Below, piece after piece: positions 27,894 through 41,774 of a stretch of DNA of 64,000 nt (its first letter is position 1; every line of letters begins with the position of its first letter). Position numbers and translations under genes: made by a program. Under the pieces are notes generated by a model. It was not told the DNA's origin. It searched no databases and saw nothing but the letters and a program-made list of their open reading frames with translations. The stretch lies in assembly GCF_056746865.1 (NCBI RefSeq), contig NZ_CM163382.1. One strand, 5' to 3'.

Positions 27894-28158
27894 ACATAAC
27901 CCTCAAGTGAAAATGGCTTTTTTATGTTGTGTATTGTGTTGTGTGTTTGCAGGCTCTTTCATGCAGGTCTTATGCCATCTTTACGACAACAGTAACATTC
28001 AACGTTAAATATGTTAACAAGACGTTGCATTATTGTCCTAAAGTTGAAGATAGCAGGTATAGCGGTTGAATCGCAGCGTTTCGATTGAATGGCAGAAACA
28101 AAATGTCGAGGATTTGATCGCGGTTGCAAAATTGCCCTGAAACAGGGCAACAATGAGG
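27894..28158 (-). promoter_or_regulatory. argT promoter region
   Basis: 265-bp intergenic region 5' of argT; argT is nitrogen-regulated in enterics, but I could not confidently place a sigma54 -24/-12 element. Confidence 0.4.
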
Positions 28159-28728
28159 TTATGCGCCCTGCCAGCGGGCAAAGAGATCTTCAGGAAGCGT
28201 TATGGCGAATTGATCGAGTACACGGTTAACCGTCTGATTTATCACATCATCAAGGGATTGCGGGCGATGATAAAACGCCGGAACGGGAGGCATAATCACC
28301 GCACCGATTTCTGCTGCCTGCGTCATTAAACGCAGATGGCCTAAGTGCAATGGTGTTTCACGTACGCAGAGCACCAACGGGCGACGCTCTTTCAGCACAA
28401 CATCTGCCGCACGGGTCAGTAAGCCATCAGTATAGCTATGGACAATGCCGGACAGGGTTTTGATTGAACAGGGTAAAATCACCATCCCCAGTGTCTGGAA
28501 AGAACCGGAAGAAATGCTGGCAGCAATATCGCGCGCATCGTGCGTCACATCGGCTAATGCCTGCACTTCGCGCAGGGAAAAATCCGTTTCGAGGGATAAG
28601 GTCTGGCGCGCGGCCTGGCTCATCACCAGATGCGTTTCAACATCTGCGACATCGCGCAGAACCTGTAATAAGCGCACGCCATAAATCGCGCCGCTGGCAC
28701 CGCTGATGCCTACAATGAGTCGTTTCAT
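28159..28728 (-). CDS. ubiX: Flavin prenyltransferase UbiX
   Basis: 189-aa ORF MKRLIVGISGASGAIYGVRLLQVLRD..., flavoprotein fold. Confidence 0.95.
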   Translation of the reverse strand: MKRLIVGISGASGAIYGVRLLQVLRDVADVETHLVMSQAARQTLSLETDFSLREVQALADVTHDARDIAASISSGSFQTLGMVILPCSIKTLSGIVHSYTDGLLTRAADVVLKERRPLVLCVRETPLHLGHLRLMTQAAEIGAVIMPPVPAFYHRPQSLDDVINQTVNRVLDQFAITLPEDLFARWQGA

Positions 28729-28822
28729 AAATAGTTGCCCTGTCAGACTTGCAGGCAGACTTTGCAGGATTTCAGCAGGAGTTGCAAGTCAGGGTGCCAG
28801 ACCGGCACCCTGAGCGAAGGCA

Positions 28823-30340
28823 TCATCCTTCGTTATGCATTTCGAGATTTTCCACTTCGTTCTGACGTTGCACGGCTTTGGCGTCATCATTACGTAAAGT
28901 ATCAAGGAAATCGAGGTAGCCCTGATCAACATCTTTGGTGACGTAGACGCCGTTGAACACCGAGCATTCAAACTGCTGGATATCCGGGTTTTCAGCGCGA
29001 ACGGCTTCGATCAGATCGTTCAGATCCTGGAAAATCAACCCGTCAGCACCGATGATCTGGCGAATTTCATCTACTTCGCGACCGTGAGCGATCAGTTCCG
29101 TGGCGCTCGGCATATCAATACCATAAACGTTCGGGAAGCGAATTTCCGGTGCCGCAGAAGCGAGATACACTTTCTTCGCTCCGGCTTCGCGTGCCATCTC
29201 GATAATCTGCTCAGAAGTGGTGCCACGGACGATGGAGTCGTCGACCAGCAGGACGTTTTTATCGCGGAACTCGGCGCGGTTGGCGTTCAGTTTACGGCGC
29301 ACGGACTTACGACGCAGCTGCTGACCCGGCATGATGAAGGTACGGCCTACATAGCGGTTTTTAACGAAGCCCTGACGGTACGGTTTGCCCAGAATACGCG
29401 CGATTTCCAGCGCGATATCACAAGAGGTTTCCGGGATCGGGATCACCACGTCGATATCCAGATCTTCCCATTCGCGGGCAATTTTCTCGCCCAGTTTCGT
29501 GCCCATATTCACGCGGGCGCTGTAAACGGAAATTTTGTCGATGAACGAGTCCGGGCGAGCAAAGTATACATACTCAAACAGGCACGGATTGCTGACCGGA
29601 TTGTCAGCACATTGACGGGTAAACAACTGCCCTTCTTCAGTGATGTAAATCGCTTCGCCCGGCGCGACGTCACGCAGGAAATCAAAGCCCAGCGTATCGA
29701 GCGCAACGCTTTCGGAAGCGACCATATATTCTGTGCGGTTCTCGTCAATATCACGTTTTCCCAGTACGAGCGGACGAATCCCGTTTGGATCGCGGAAAGC
29801 AACCATACCATGGCCGATAATCATCGCCACGCAGGCATACGCGCCGCGGATTAAGCGGTTTGTGGCAGCAATGGCAGCGAAAATATTGTCGGCTTCCAGC
29901 GGGTAGTGGCGGAAATTGTCCAGTTCGCTGGCAAAGATATTAAGCAGAATTTCCGAGTCGGAAGTGGTGTTGATGTGGCGGCGTTTTTCTTCAAACAGTT
30001 TTTTACGCAACTCGTGAGCGTTGGTCAGATTGCCGTTGTGGGCAAGCGTAATGCCATACGGGGAGTTAACGTAAAACGGCTGCGCTTCAGAGGCGCTGGA
30101 GCTGCCAGCCGTAGGGTAACGCACATGACCAATGCCCATATTGCCCTGCAAACGCTGCATATGGCGAGCTTCAAATACATCGCTCACCAGCCCGTTCGCT
30201 TTACGCAAACGGAAGCAGTTATTGGCATCTATGGTGATGATGCCGGCGGCATCCTGACCGCGATGCTGAAGCACCGTTAAGGCATCATAAATCGACTGGT
30301 TAACCGGCATAACACCGGCGATACCGACAATACCGCACAT
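28823..30340 (-). CDS. purF: Amidophosphoribosyltransferase
   Basis: 505-aa ORF beginning MCGIVGIAG (N-terminal nucleophile Cys) with a PRTase domain. Confidence 0.97.
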   Translation of the reverse strand: MCGIVGIAGVMPVNQSIYDALTVLQHRGQDAAGIITIDANNCFRLRKANGLVSDVFEARHMQRLQGNMGIGHVRYPTAGSSSASEAQPFYVNSPYGITLAHNGNLTNAHELRKKLFEEKRRHINTTSDSEILLNIFASELDNFRHYPLEADNIFAAIAATNRLIRGAYACVAMIIGHGMVAFRDPNGIRPLVLGKRDIDENRTEYMVASESVALDTLGFDFLRDVAPGEAIYITEEGQLFTRQCADNPVSNPCLFEYVYFARPDSFIDKISVYSARVNMGTKLGEKIAREWEDLDIDVVIPIPETSCDIALEIARILGKPYRQGFVKNRYVGRTFIMPGQQLRRKSVRRKLNANRAEFRDKNVLLVDDSIVRGTTSEQIIEMAREAGAKKVYLASAAPEIRFPNVYGIDMPSATELIAHGREVDEIRQIIGADGLIFQDLNDLIEAVRAENPDIQQFECSVFNGVYVTKDVDQGYLDFLDTLRNDDAKAVQRQNEVENLEMHNEG

Positions 30341-30376
30341 ACGTCTTTTTCCTCGTTAAGCCACATCTCAGAGCAC

Positions 30377-30865
30377 TTACGCTCTGGGCAAGAAACTTGA
30401 CGAGCTTTGCAGATAATCAAAAAACCATCTGATGATAAAACTGAACTGCGGGATCAGCTGTGATTTGCTCCAGTCTTCGCTTTTCGACACCCCGGTAAAG
30501 GAGTCGAGAAAGAAGAGAATGGCGGCAACAATCAACACACCGCGCAACGCACCGAAACAGACGCCCAGCACCCGATCGGTGCCTGACAACCCCGTTTTCT
30601 CCACCAACTGGCCTATCACGAAGTTCACGATAGCACCAACGATCAGGGTAGCGATAAACAGTACCGCGATGGCAATCCCATTTCGAACCAGTTCGTCTTC
30701 AAAGCCCGTAAACCAGACTGACAGGTAAGTGTAGTAATGACTGGCAACAAAGAAAGCACAACCCCATGTCACCAGCGATAACGCTTCACGAACAAAGCCG
30801 CGGATCAGGCTAACCAGAGAGGAAAAAGCAATCACCGCGATTATGGCGTAATCAATCCAGACCAT
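30377..30865 (-). CDS. cvpA: Colicin V production membrane protein
   Basis: 162-aa hydrophobic ORF MVWIDYAIIAVIAFSSLVSLIRGF... Confidence 0.93.
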   Translation of the reverse strand: MVWIDYAIIAVIAFSSLVSLIRGFVREALSLVTWGCAFFVASHYYTYLSVWFTGFEDELVRNGIAIAVLFIATLIVGAIVNFVIGQLVEKTGLSGTDRVLGVCFGALRGVLIVAAILFFLDSFTGVSKSEDWSKSQLIPQFSFIIRWFFDYLQSSSSFLPRA

Positions 30866-30921
30866 ATGTGTCCCACGATTTTACGCCCTGTCATCCTGTT
30901 CGGGGCGCATTCTAACAGAAA

Positions 30922-30937
30922 AAGAAAACGTTTGCGT
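30922..30937 (-). promoter_or_regulatory. PurR operator (PUR box) upstream of cvpA-purF
   Basis: Minus-strand sequence ACGCAAACGTTTTCTT matches the PurR box consensus; located 57 nt 5' of cvpA. Confidence 0.7.
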
Positions 30938-30959
30938 AGGGATTTCCTTCCCACGCATC

Positions 30960-30994
30960 AATAAAAATGGCGCTGAAAAAATATTCAACGCCAT
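30960..30994 (-). terminator. Intrinsic terminator downstream of dedD
   Basis: Minus-strand hairpin atggcgttgaatattttttcagcgccat followed by tttttat. Confidence 0.6.
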
Positions 30995-31012
30995 CGACTT
31001 TTTATGCCTTTG

Positions 31013-31112
31013 CGGCATCGGACAATGCGTGTCGGATGCGGCGTGAACGCCTTATTCGACCTACGGTTCTACCCCTGCGCAGGCCTGATAAGACGCGCCA
31101 GCGTCGCATCAG
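31013..31112. repeat. REP/BIME cluster (3' of dedD)
   Basis: Tandem REP units: gtcggatgcggcgtgaacgccttattcgacctac ... aggcctgataagacgcgccagcgtcgcatcaggc. Confidence 0.8.
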
Positions 31113-31123
31113 GCAAGACCGTA

Positions 31124-31786
31124 TTAATTCGGCGTATAGCCCATTACCACGCCACTTAAGCCAGAAAGTTGCTTCAACTCACCCAGCGAACCTTTCAGCT
31201 TATCTTTCGAGGCATCTGGCCCAACCAGAATACGGGTAATTTTACCCTGCACTGGCGTGGATGGCGACGTATAAACCCGATAACCGGCACCGCGCAGCTT
31301 ACCGACAATCTCATTCACTTTATCGGCATTTTTCAGCGCGCCCAGTTGCACAACATAGGCTTTACCCGTTGGCGCTGCTTTTTCTTCCACGACCGGCTTC
31401 GGTTCTGGCTTCGGCGCAGGTGGTGCTTCAACCTTTGGCTTAAGCGGCTCCACCGGTTTCCGCTTCGGTGGGGCGACCGGTGCAGGTTCCGGTTCAAACT
31501 CGGTGTTATTGGCTGCAATAGTGGCCGGATCGAGCGACGGTGCTGCGGCATCACCTGCCCGTACCTCTTCCGCTGCGCCTTCCGGCGGCTGCGTCGGCAA
31601 CGCCTGGGTGGCGGCTGGCATCATATCAGGCTCATCGCGATCGCCCGCTTTTGGCACCAGCGGGATAGCCGCAAACTCATCCTGATAATGTTTTTTCTGC
31701 CCGTCCAGCAGCCCTGGAAGTACAATCACCCCCAGCGCCACCAGCACGATCGTGCCCACTAACCGATTCTGAAACTTACTTGCCAC
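31124..31786 (-). CDS. dedD: Cell-division protein DedD (SPOR domain)
   Basis: ORF ...ASKFQNRLVGTIVLVALGVIVLPG..., one TM helix, Pro/Lys-rich linker and C-terminal SPOR-like domain; I chose the GTG start at 31786 (220 aa) as I recall it; the longest ORF starts at ATG 31804. Confidence 0.85.
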   Translation of the reverse strand: MASKFQNRLVGTIVLVALGVIVLPGLLDGQKKHYQDEFAAIPLVPKAGDRDEPDMMPAATQALPTQPPEGAAEEVRAGDAAAPSLDPATIAANNTEFEPEPAPVAPPKRKPVEPLKPKVEAPPAPKPEPKPVVEEKAAPTGKAYVVQLGALKNADKVNEIVGKLRGAGYRVYTSPSTPVQGKITRILVGPDASKDKLKGSLGELKQLSGLSGVVMGYTPN

Positions 31787-33044
31787 CGCTTCTCCTCGCG
31801 TCAATCACTTCCATGACATGTGCGACCGTGTGGAACGAACCACACACCAGCACGGTATCTTCCGCTTTAGCGTCCGCCATTGCGGCATCCCATGCCTGCG
31901 CCACGCTATCAAATGATTTGCCGTTACCCAAATGCTCAAGCAGTTGTTCTGCCGTGGCACCGCGCGGCCCTTCCAGTGGCGCACAATACCAGTCATCAAC
32001 CACGCTTTTCAACCAGGCCAGAGTTCCGGCAATATCTTTATCATGTAGCATACCGATAACCGCCAGCACGCGCCCGTTTTTCGGTAGCGCTTTCATACGC
32101 CCGGTGAGATATTCCGCCGCATGTGGATTATGCGCGACATCAAAAATAACGCGTGGCGACTCGCTCACAATCTGGAAACGTCCCGGCAAAATTGCGCTGG
32201 CAATCCCGTCGCGAATGGCATTTTCACTGACCTCCAGCCCGCTGGCACGCAGTGCCGCCAGCGCCGTTGCGGCATTCGGTTGCGGGACAAGCGGCAACGG
32301 CAGATTTTCCAGCGTGCCGTGAGCATCGCTAAACGCCCAGTCATGATCGGTGACGGAATAGTTCCACTCAACGCCCCGACGTTGTAACAGTGCACTTTTT
32401 TCCTGCGCCACATCAGCAATGGTAGAAGGCATTTCCGGCTCACCGACAATTGCCGGTTTTTCGCTGCGGAAGATGCCTGCTTTCTCGCGACCAATGCTTT
32501 CGCGATCTGGCCCCAGCCAGTCGGTATGATCCAGCGCAATGCTGGTTACTACCGCAACATCGGCATCGACAATATTGGTTGCGTCCAGACGACCGCCCAG
32601 CCCTACTTCCAGAATCACCACGTCAAGTTGTGCCTGTTTGAACAGCCACAACGCCGACAGCGTACCGTACTCGAAATAGGTCAGGGAAATATCACCGCGT
32701 GCCGATTCAATCTCCGCAAAAGAGGCGGTGTGGGCCGATTCCGGCAATTCCTGCTCCTGCACACGTACGCGCTCGGTATAACGCACCAGATGCGGTGAAC
32801 TGTAGACGCCCACTTTGTACCCTGCCGCCATCAGAATCGACTCCAGCGTACGGCAGGTGGTGCCTTTGCCATTCGTACCCGCAACGGTAAACACAAATGG
32901 CGCTGGTTTCAGAACGCCAAGACGCGCCGCGACCTGGCTCACGCGCTCAAGGCCGAGATCGATAGTTTTACTGTGCAGGTTTTCCAGATAAGAAAGCCAC
33001 GAAGCCAGAGGCGACGCGGCTTGAGGAGTGCGTTTGATAATCAT
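31776..33044 (-). CDS. folC: Bifunctional folylpolyglutamate synthase / dihydrofolate synthase
   Basis: 422-aa ORF with P-loop (GTNGKGT) of the Mur ligase family; its 3' end overlaps the dedD start. Confidence 0.95.
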   Translation of the reverse strand: MIIKRTPQAASPLASWLSYLENLHSKTIDLGLERVSQVAARLGVLKPAPFVFTVAGTNGKGTTCRTLESILMAAGYKVGVYSSPHLVRYTERVRVQEQELPESAHTASFAEIESARGDISLTYFEYGTLSALWLFKQAQLDVVILEVGLGGRLDATNIVDADVAVVTSIALDHTDWLGPDRESIGREKAGIFRSEKPAIVGEPEMPSTIADVAQEKSALLQRRGVEWNYSVTDHDWAFSDAHGTLENLPLPLVPQPNAATALAALRASGLEVSENAIRDGIASAILPGRFQIVSESPRVIFDVAHNPHAAEYLTGRMKALPKNGRVLAVIGMLHDKDIAGTLAWLKSVVDDWYCAPLEGPRGATAEQLLEHLGNGKSFDSVAQAWDAAMADAKAEDTVLVCGSFHTVAHVMEVIDARRSGGK

Positions 33045-33113
33045 GGTATCCGCTGATTCGTTACGGTGAGAATAGCAAAAGGGCAGAGCCAGTGGCCCTG
33101 CCCTTATCAGTTA

Positions 33114-34028
33114 TCAGGCCTCAGGTTCCTGATCTGGTACCGGTGGCACCACTACGCCTTCACGCGGCGCTTCAGGATTCGGCGCTGGCAGATTCATCAA
33201 CTTCGCCAGAATGCTCGCCAGTTTCAGGCGCATTTCCGGACGACGGACGATCATGTCGATCGCGCCTTTCTCGATCAGGAATTCACTGCGCTGGAATCCT
33301 GGCGGAAGTTTTTCGCGAACGGTCTGTTCGATAACACGCGGACCGGCAAAGCCGATTAACGCTTTCGGTTCAGCGATGTTGAGATCGCCCAGCATGGCGA
33401 AACTTGCAGAAACACCACCCATGGTCGGGTCGGTCAGCACGGAGATGTACGGCAAGCCGCGCTCCTGCATTTTTGCCAGCGCCGCAGAGGTTTTCGCCAT
33501 CTGCATCAGCGACATCAGTGCTTCCTGCATACGTGCGCCACCAGAGGCGGAGAAGCAGATCAGTGGGCAGTTATCTTCCAGCGCCTGCTCAACGGCACGC
33601 ACGAAACGTGCACCTACCACAGACCCCATGGAACCGCCCATAAAGGCGAATTCGAATGCCGCAGCGACAACTGGCATTCCATACAGGGTGCCTTTCATCA
33701 CCACCAGCGCATCTTTTTCGCCGGTTTCTTTCTGCGCAGATGCCAGACGGTCTTTATACTTCTTGGAGTCACGAAACTTCAGCACATCTTTCGGCTCAAG
33801 CTCGCTACCCAGCTCCACAAGGCTTCCTTCATCTAACAGGCTATGCAGGCGATTACGCGCTGTCATACGCATGTGATGGTCACACTTCGGACAGACCTCA
33901 AGATTACGTTCCAGCTCAGCGCGGTATAAAACCTGACCGCAGCTATCACACTTAGTCCACACCCCTTCAGGAATGCTCGCCTTGCGGGTGGGAGTAATGT
34001 TGCTTTTAATTCGTTCAATCCAGCTCAT
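33114..34028 (-). CDS. accD: Acetyl-CoA carboxylase carboxyltransferase beta subunit
   Basis: [55 protein letters not shown] (Cys4 zinc ribbon); I chose the internal ATG (304 aa); the longest ORF starts at 34112. Confidence 0.93.
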
Positions 34029-34183
34029 TAGGGACCTTTCTGTCTGAACCTGGTTCGATGCCAGTTTTATCTTTGGGGACGCATAATGCCATTTTTGCCC
34101 CCAACAGACCATGAATGTTGCACATTAAAACATAACAGCCCGAAACTTTGGATAAAAAAGTGGTCGAACCGCGGAGTTACTTT

Positions 34184-34843
34184 TTATTTTGCGGCGCGTG
34201 CCGCAGCGCGTTTGTGGCGAATAAATTCGAAAACACCTGGCAATATTGAAACAAAAATAATGCCAACAATCATCAGTTTAAGGTTGCTCTGAATGAAGGG
34301 GAGCGTTCCGAAGAAATAACCCGCGTAGGTAAAAATCAGTACCCATAGCAACGCGCCGATGACGTTAAAAGCGGCGAAATGACGATACGACATGTGGCCC
34401 ATTCCCGCAACGAACGGCGCGAACGTTCTGACGATCGGCACAAAACGGGCGAGAATAATCGTTTTGCCGCCATGTTTCTCATAAAACTGATGAGTCTTAT
34501 CAAGATAACTGCGACGAAAGATTTTCGAATCCGGATTACTGAACAGTTTGTCACCAAATAACCGTCCAATGGTGTAGTTCACCGCGTCACCCACAATCGC
34601 GGCGATCAGCATCAGCACCACCATCATATGGACGTTGAGATCGTTGGTTTCCAGTGATGCCAACGCACCGGCAACAAACAGCAATGAATCACCCGGTAAA
34701 AACGGCGTTACCACCAGACCGGTTTCACAGAACAAAATTAAGAACAAAATGGCATAAACCCAGACGCCATACTCCGCGACCAGTTCTGCCAGATGCACGT
34801 CAATGTGCAGGATAAAATCGATGAGGAAATAAATCAGGTCCAT
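34184..34843 (-). CDS. dedA: DedA-family inner-membrane protein
   Basis: 219-aa polytopic [37 protein letters not shown]... Confidence 0.93.
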   Translation of the reverse strand: MDLIYFLIDFILHIDVHLAELVAEYGVWVYAILFLILFCETGLVVTPFLPGDSLLFVAGALASLETNDLNVHMMVVLMLIAAIVGDAVNYTIGRLFGDKLFSNPDSKIFRRSYLDKTHQFYEKHGGKTIILARFVPIVRTFAPFVAGMGHMSYRHFAAFNVIGALLWVLIFTYAGYFFGTLPFIQSNLKLMIVGIIFVSILPGVFEFIRHKRAAARAAK

Positions 34844-34925
34844 ATTAGCCTATGCCTTGTACTCGTCATCTTTCAGGCTGTAACTACGTTGGCTACAGCC
34901 TGAAATGTTCCGAGCATTATTCTTG

Positions 34926-35738
34926 TTAGTCCGCCAGAAATAGCGGGCCCATTGGCGGTTTTGGAAGATCATACCGGTCAGGGTAATCCACCGCGACCAG
35001 ATACAGCCCTTCCGCTTTTGCCGTTGCTGCCGCCAGCGTTCTGTCCTTTGCCGCCAGCAACTCTGCTATCCAGCTCTCCGGCTGGTTGTGGGCACCGACT
35101 TCCATCAGGCTGCCGACAATATTCCTGACCATATGATGTACAAAGGCATTCGCTTTGATATCTACCACCACATAAGGACCGTGACGCGTGACATTAATAT
35201 GCATAACGTTGCGCCACGGGGTTCGGGACTGGCACTGCACCGCACGGAACGAGGTGAAATCATTCTCGCCCAGCAAGCATTGCGCAGCCCGATGCATCCG
35301 TTCAGCGTCCAGCGGTTCGTAAAAATGGGTTACCCCTTTACTCAGTACCGCCGGGCGCAGCCGATGATTGTAGATGATGTAGCGATAACGGCGAGCCGTG
35401 GCGCTAAATCGGGCATGAAAATCATCAGGTACAGCTTTAACCCAACGCACGGCGATGTCACCAGGTAAATTCGCATTTACGCCCAACGTCCACGCAGCGT
35501 CTTTGCGCTGCGCGGTCGTTTCGAAATGCACAACCTGCCCGGTGCCGTGTACACCTGCGTCAGTACGCCCGGCGCAGAAGACGGTGATCGGTTCGTTCGC
35601 CACCTGGGAGAGCGCCTTTTCCAGCTTCTCCTGCACACTGCGGACTTCGTTCTGCCGTTGCCAGCCGTAATACTTACTGCCGTCGTACTCAATGCCCAGC
35701 GCAATTTTATAAACTGGCGGTTGTTGCTGGTCGGACAT
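34926..35738 (-). CDS. truA: tRNA pseudouridine(38-40) synthase
   Basis: 270-aa ORF with the catalytic Asp motif (GRTDAGVHG); start overlaps the usg stop by 1 nt. Confidence 0.95.
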   Translation of the reverse strand: MSDQQQPPVYKIALGIEYDGSKYYGWQRQNEVRSVQEKLEKALSQVANEPITVFCAGRTDAGVHGTGQVVHFETTAQRKDAAWTLGVNANLPGDIAVRWVKAVPDDFHARFSATARRYRYIIYNHRLRPAVLSKGVTHFYEPLDAERMHRAAQCLLGENDFTSFRAVQCQSRTPWRNVMHINVTRHGPYVVVDIKANAFVHHMVRNIVGSLMEVGAHNQPESWIAELLAAKDRTLAAATAKAEGLYLVAVDYPDRYDLPKPPMGPLFLAD

Positions 35739-36751
35739 TAGTACAGATACTCCTGCACCAGTTTCTCGGCGATTTTTACTGCCATCAGCGCGCCGCCAAA
35801 GCGAACGTTATCGGCCACCGACCAGAACTGAACTTGCTCCGGCATACCGTAGTCATTACGTACGCAGCCAACGGAAAGATGCGGCGTACCAGAAGCATCC
35901 CCCACCTGAGTCGGGAATTCGTTCTCTTCAGAGAGCACAATATCTTCGCCCTGAGCAAACGCATCACGCGCTTCTTCTGCCGCCAGCGGACGCAGAGCTT
36001 CAAAGTTGACCATCTGGGCATGACCGTAGAATACCGGTGCCTGGACGACGCTTGCCGAAATCATCAGCCCTTCGTCCTGCAGGATTTTGCGTACTTCGTC
36101 AACGATACGACGTTCTTCACGCACGCTACCTTCGCTATCCGGCAGTAACGGCAGCATGTTGAACGCCAGCTGACGCCCGAAGAAATCTTCTTCATCAATC
36201 GGAATGCCGTTGAGCAATTTCGCACTCTGCCCCGCTAACGCATCGACCGCTTTTTTGCCCTGGGCGGAGGCTGAAATCAGGCTGGTAACGCTGATACGCG
36301 ACAAACCGCCCTGATCGATTAACGGTTTCAGTGCCGCCAGCAGTTGGCTGGTCAGACTGTCCGGTACGGCGATGACATTCCGGTTGCGGTAATCGGTCAG
36401 TACAAACGGGTTTACTTCCGGCACCACCAGCGGTACGTCAGGTTCGAGAGCAAACAATCCGCTGCTATCGATCACCAGGCAACCTGAGTTGGTCGCTTCT
36501 TCAACCCAGGCACCGGTAGCTTCTTTGCCTGCGACAAAAAACGCCAGCTGCGCCTGCGTCCAGTCGAATTCAGCGGCATCCTGCACGGTGATTGTCTTAC
36601 CACCAAAGCGCAGTTGTTCGCCTGCGCTTTCGTTACGTGCCAGTGCATAAATTTCCCCAACCGGGAACTGACGTTCAGCCAGCGTTTCAAGCAGGGCTTC
36701 GCCCACAGCGCCAGTTGCGCCCAGGACGGCAATGTTCCAGCCTTCAGACAT
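35738..36751 (-). CDS. usg: USG-1 protein (aspartate-semialdehyde dehydrogenase homologue)
   Basis: 337-aa [30 protein letters not shown]... with N-terminal Rossmann fold. Confidence 0.93.
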   Translation of the reverse strand: MSEGWNIAVLGATGAVGEALLETLAERQFPVGEIYALARNESAGEQLRFGGKTITVQDAAEFDWTQAQLAFFVAGKEATGAWVEEATNSGCLVIDSSGLFALEPDVPLVVPEVNPFVLTDYRNRNVIAVPDSLTSQLLAALKPLIDQGGLSRISVTSLISASAQGKKAVDALAGQSAKLLNGIPIDEEDFFGRQLAFNMLPLLPDSEGSVREERRIVDEVRKILQDEGLMISASVVQAPVFYGHAQMVNFEALRPLAAEEARDAFAQGEDIVLSEENEFPTQVGDASGTPHLSVGCVRNDYGMPEQVQFWSVADNVRFGGALMAVKIAEKLVQEYLY

Positions 36752-36816
36752 GGTGGTTTACTCCAGAAATAGCAAAGCTCCCTGCCAATATTACAGCAGA
36801 GAGCATGAAGAAGAGA

Positions 36817-37953
36817 TTAACGTGCCGGATGATGAACGGCGTTAAAACCCAGTTTACACAGCAATGATGCCGCGCTGGCGTCATCACAAATTACATACAG
36901 AGATGACCATTCACGGCGCTCAAGATAGTTTTTGCGCAGCTTATCGAACTCACCCGGTATTCCGGCGACTTTACGCAGCGGTGCGTCATCGCGGCGCACA
37001 TCATACACCAAATGCACCAGCCTTTTCAGCGTCGGTTGATCGAGCGGGCCATGCAGCGTAATGCGGCCAAACTCTGGCGCGGGCAGCAACGTATCCAGCG
37101 CAACGTGTTGTTCATGCCCAATAAACTTGCTATAAGCTTCAAACACTTGCGTAGTACCGCGTGCTTTACCTTCCAGGGTATAGCCTGCGATATGCGGCGT
37201 GCCGATATCCACTTTTTTCAGCAATTCCACGTTGAGTTCCGGTTCGCCTTCCCAGACATCCAGCACTACGCTTAACTTCTGGCCTTCGTTCAGACAGGTC
37301 AATAGGGCAGTATTATCGACGACTGCGCCACGGCAGGCGTTAATCAGAATCGCTCCTGGTTTCAGGCTACGGATCAGTTTTTCATCCGCCAGATGCAGCG
37401 TTTTGTACGGCCCGTCTTTGAAGAGTGGCGTATGGAAAGTCAGAATATCCGCATGCTGAACTAATTCATCCAGCGAGCGGAAATCCCCCTCATCCCCACG
37501 GTCGGCGCGAGGCGGATCGCAAAGCAAGGTTGTAATCCCTAACGCTTCCAGTCGCGCCTGTAAACGGCGACCAACGTTACCAACGCCCACGATCCCCACT
37601 GTACGGTCGTGCAGTGAAAATCCATCGCGTTCGGCAAGCATCAGCAGTGAGGAGAAAACATATTCCACCACCGCAATCGCATTACAGCCTGGTGCCGCGG
37701 AAAAACCAATTCCCGCCTGCTTTAACCACGCTTCATCGACATGGTCGGTCCCCGCGGTGGCAGTGCCAACAAATTTAATGGGTTTTCCTCCCAGCAAAGA
37801 TTCATTCACTTTCGTGACCGAACGCACCATCAGCGCATCCGCGTCTGCCAGTTGAGCCACGGGGATTGGACGCCCGGGAACCGCGGTCACCTCACCCAAA
37901 CGGCTAAATAAGTCGCGGGCATAAGGCATATTTTCATCAACAAGGATTTTCAC
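36817..37953 (-). CDS. pdxB: Erythronate-4-phosphate dehydrogenase
   Basis: 378-aa [25 protein letters not shown]..., D-2-hydroxyacid dehydrogenase family (GxGxx[10 protein letters not shown]). Confidence 0.95.
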   Translation of the reverse strand: MKILVDENMPYARDLFSRLGEVTAVPGRPIPVAQLADADALMVRSVTKVNESLLGGKPIKFVGTATAGTDHVDEAWLKQAGIGFSAAPGCNAIAVVEYVFSSLLMLAERDGFSLHDRTVGIVGVGNVGRRLQARLEALGITTLLCDPPRADRGDEGDFRSLDELVQHADILTFHTPLFKDGPYKTLHLADEKLIRSLKPGAILINACRGAVVDNTALLTCLNEGQKLSVVLDVWEGEPELNVELLKKVDIGTPHIAGYTLEGKARGTTQVFEAYSKFIGHEQHVALDTLLPAPEFGRITLHGPLDQPTLKRLVHLVYDVRRDDAPLRKVAGIPGEFDKLRKNYLERREWSSLYVICDDASAASLLCKLGFNAVHHPAR

Positions 37954-38051
37954 GTTTGTGTTACCTGTATGAGACGAGAGTTAACCGGACAAGTGTGCCA
38001 TAATCTCGCGGCCAGGCATACTTGCGAAGATTTCAGGTATAAGGATACGTA

Positions 38052-40225
<2,174 letters not shown>

Positions 40226-40385
40226 TTACTCCAGAATGCAGCGCAAGGCGAGGAGTATCCCCGTCTCATCTCTCTGGTTTCAGGGTTACGGTGCGTTGGC
40301 AGGATTTAACGCGTACGTCTTTTCAGAAGGAAATCGACAAAGCGGGAAGTTTGCCTGGAACAGGCGGCGATTGTCAATGATGTGA

Positions 40386-40412
40386 AAAAGGGAACCATCG
40401 GGTTCCCTTTTG
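40386..40412 (-). terminator. Intrinsic terminator downstream of fabB
   Basis: gggaaccatcgggttccc hairpin with flanking A/T runs (ttttt on the minus strand). Confidence 0.65.
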
Positions 40413-40419
40413 CATTAGT

Positions 40420-40500
40420 GCCGGAGGCGGTATTGGTGCATATCGTCGGATGCGACGCTGGCGCGTCTTATCCGACCTACTCCGAGCTACTCCGACCTAC
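40420..40500. repeat. REP/BIME cluster between yfcJ and fabB
   Basis: gtcggatgcgacgctggcgcgtcttatccgacctac followed by repeated tccgacctac units. Confidence 0.75.
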
Positions 40501-40506
40501 TGCGAA

Positions 40507-41727
40507 TTAATCTTTCAGCTTACGCATTACCAGCGTGGCGTTGGTGCCGCCGAAGCCGAAGCTGTTAGACATCACGGTGGTCAGTTCGCGATCGGTCGTT
40601 TCGGTCACGATGTTCAGACCCGCAGCCTGTTCGTCCAGCTCTTCAATGTTGATGCTCGGGGCGATAAAGCCGTGTTCCAGCATCAGCAGAGAGTAGATAG
40701 CTTCCTGTACGCCAGCAGCGCCCAGAGAGTGACCGGTCATTGCTTTGGTTGCAGAAATCGCCGGGCTCTTATCGCCGAACACTTCACGGATAGCCGCCAG
40801 CTCTTTCACGTCGCCAACCGGAGTCGAAGTACCGTGGGAGTTCAGGTAGTCGATTGGGGTATCAACACCGTGCATCGCCATCTTCATGCAACGCACTGCG
40901 CCTTCGCCAGACGGAGCAACCATGTCTGCGCCATCAGACGTTGCGCCGTAGCCAACGATTTCAGCGTAGATATGAGCACCACGTGCCAACGCGTGTTCCA
41001 GTTCTTCGACCACCACCATACCGCCGCCGCCAGCGATAACGAAACCGTCACGGTGAGCGTCATAAGTACGGGAGGCTTTTTCCGGGGTGTCGTTGTATTT
41101 GGTAGACAGCGCGCCCATTGCGTCGAATTCGCAGGCCATTTCCCAGCACAGCTCTTCGCCGCCGCCAGCAAACACGATATCCTGTTTGCCCAGTTGGATC
41201 TGCTCTACTGCGTTACCGATACAGTGCGCGGAAGTCGCACATGCGGAGCTGATGGAGTAGTTAACGCCGTGAATCTTAAACGGCGTGGCGAGGCAGGCAG
41301 AAACGCCGGATGCCATCGCTTTGGTGACCACATACGGGCCTACCGCTTTCAGGCCGCGCGGGCCGCGCATTGCGTCAGCGCCGAACACCTGAAAACGCGG
41401 GGAACCGCCGCCGGAACCTGCAATCAGGCCAACGCGCGGGTTATTCTGGTAAGCTTCCGGGGAGAGGCCAGCATCTGCAATTGCCTGCTCCATAGAAAGG
41501 AATGCATAAATGGATGCGTCGCTCATAAAGCGCACAACTTTGCGGTCAATGAGGCCAGTGGTATCCAGTTTTACGTTGCCCCAGACGTGGCTACGCATGC
41601 CGGAATCCTTCAGCTCCTGAGAGAAAGTGATCCCTGAACGTCCTTCACGCAGAGATGCCAGGACTTCCTGCTGGTTATTACCGATGCTGGAAACAATGCC
41701 CAGGCCAGTAATCACTGCACGTTTCAT
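40507..41727 (-). CDS. fabB: 3-oxoacyl-ACP synthase I (KAS I)
   Basis: 406-aa [25 protein letters not shown]... with active-site Cys context (SSACATSAH) and His/His of the condensing-enzyme triad. Confidence 0.97.
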
Positions 41728-41774
41728 TCAATACCTCTGTAAGTCGCACATAGAGTAAGTTTCGAATGCACAAT

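Noticed and set aside
26891-28158. Possible sigma54 (-24/-12) promoters upstream of argT and hisJ
   Set aside because: Only weak partial matches to TGGCAC-N5-TTGCA were visible by eye (for example TGGTGC..ATGCA near 27040..27060 on the minus strand); not confident enough to annotate.
33114-34112. 332-aa extended accD ORF
   Set aside because: The extension precedes the conserved MSWIERIK N-terminus and zinc-ribbon region; I chose the internal ATG at 34028.
40450-41637. 395-aa plus-strand ORF antisense to fabB
   Set aside because: Shadow ORF inside fabB; it begins in the REP cluster and has no supporting signals.
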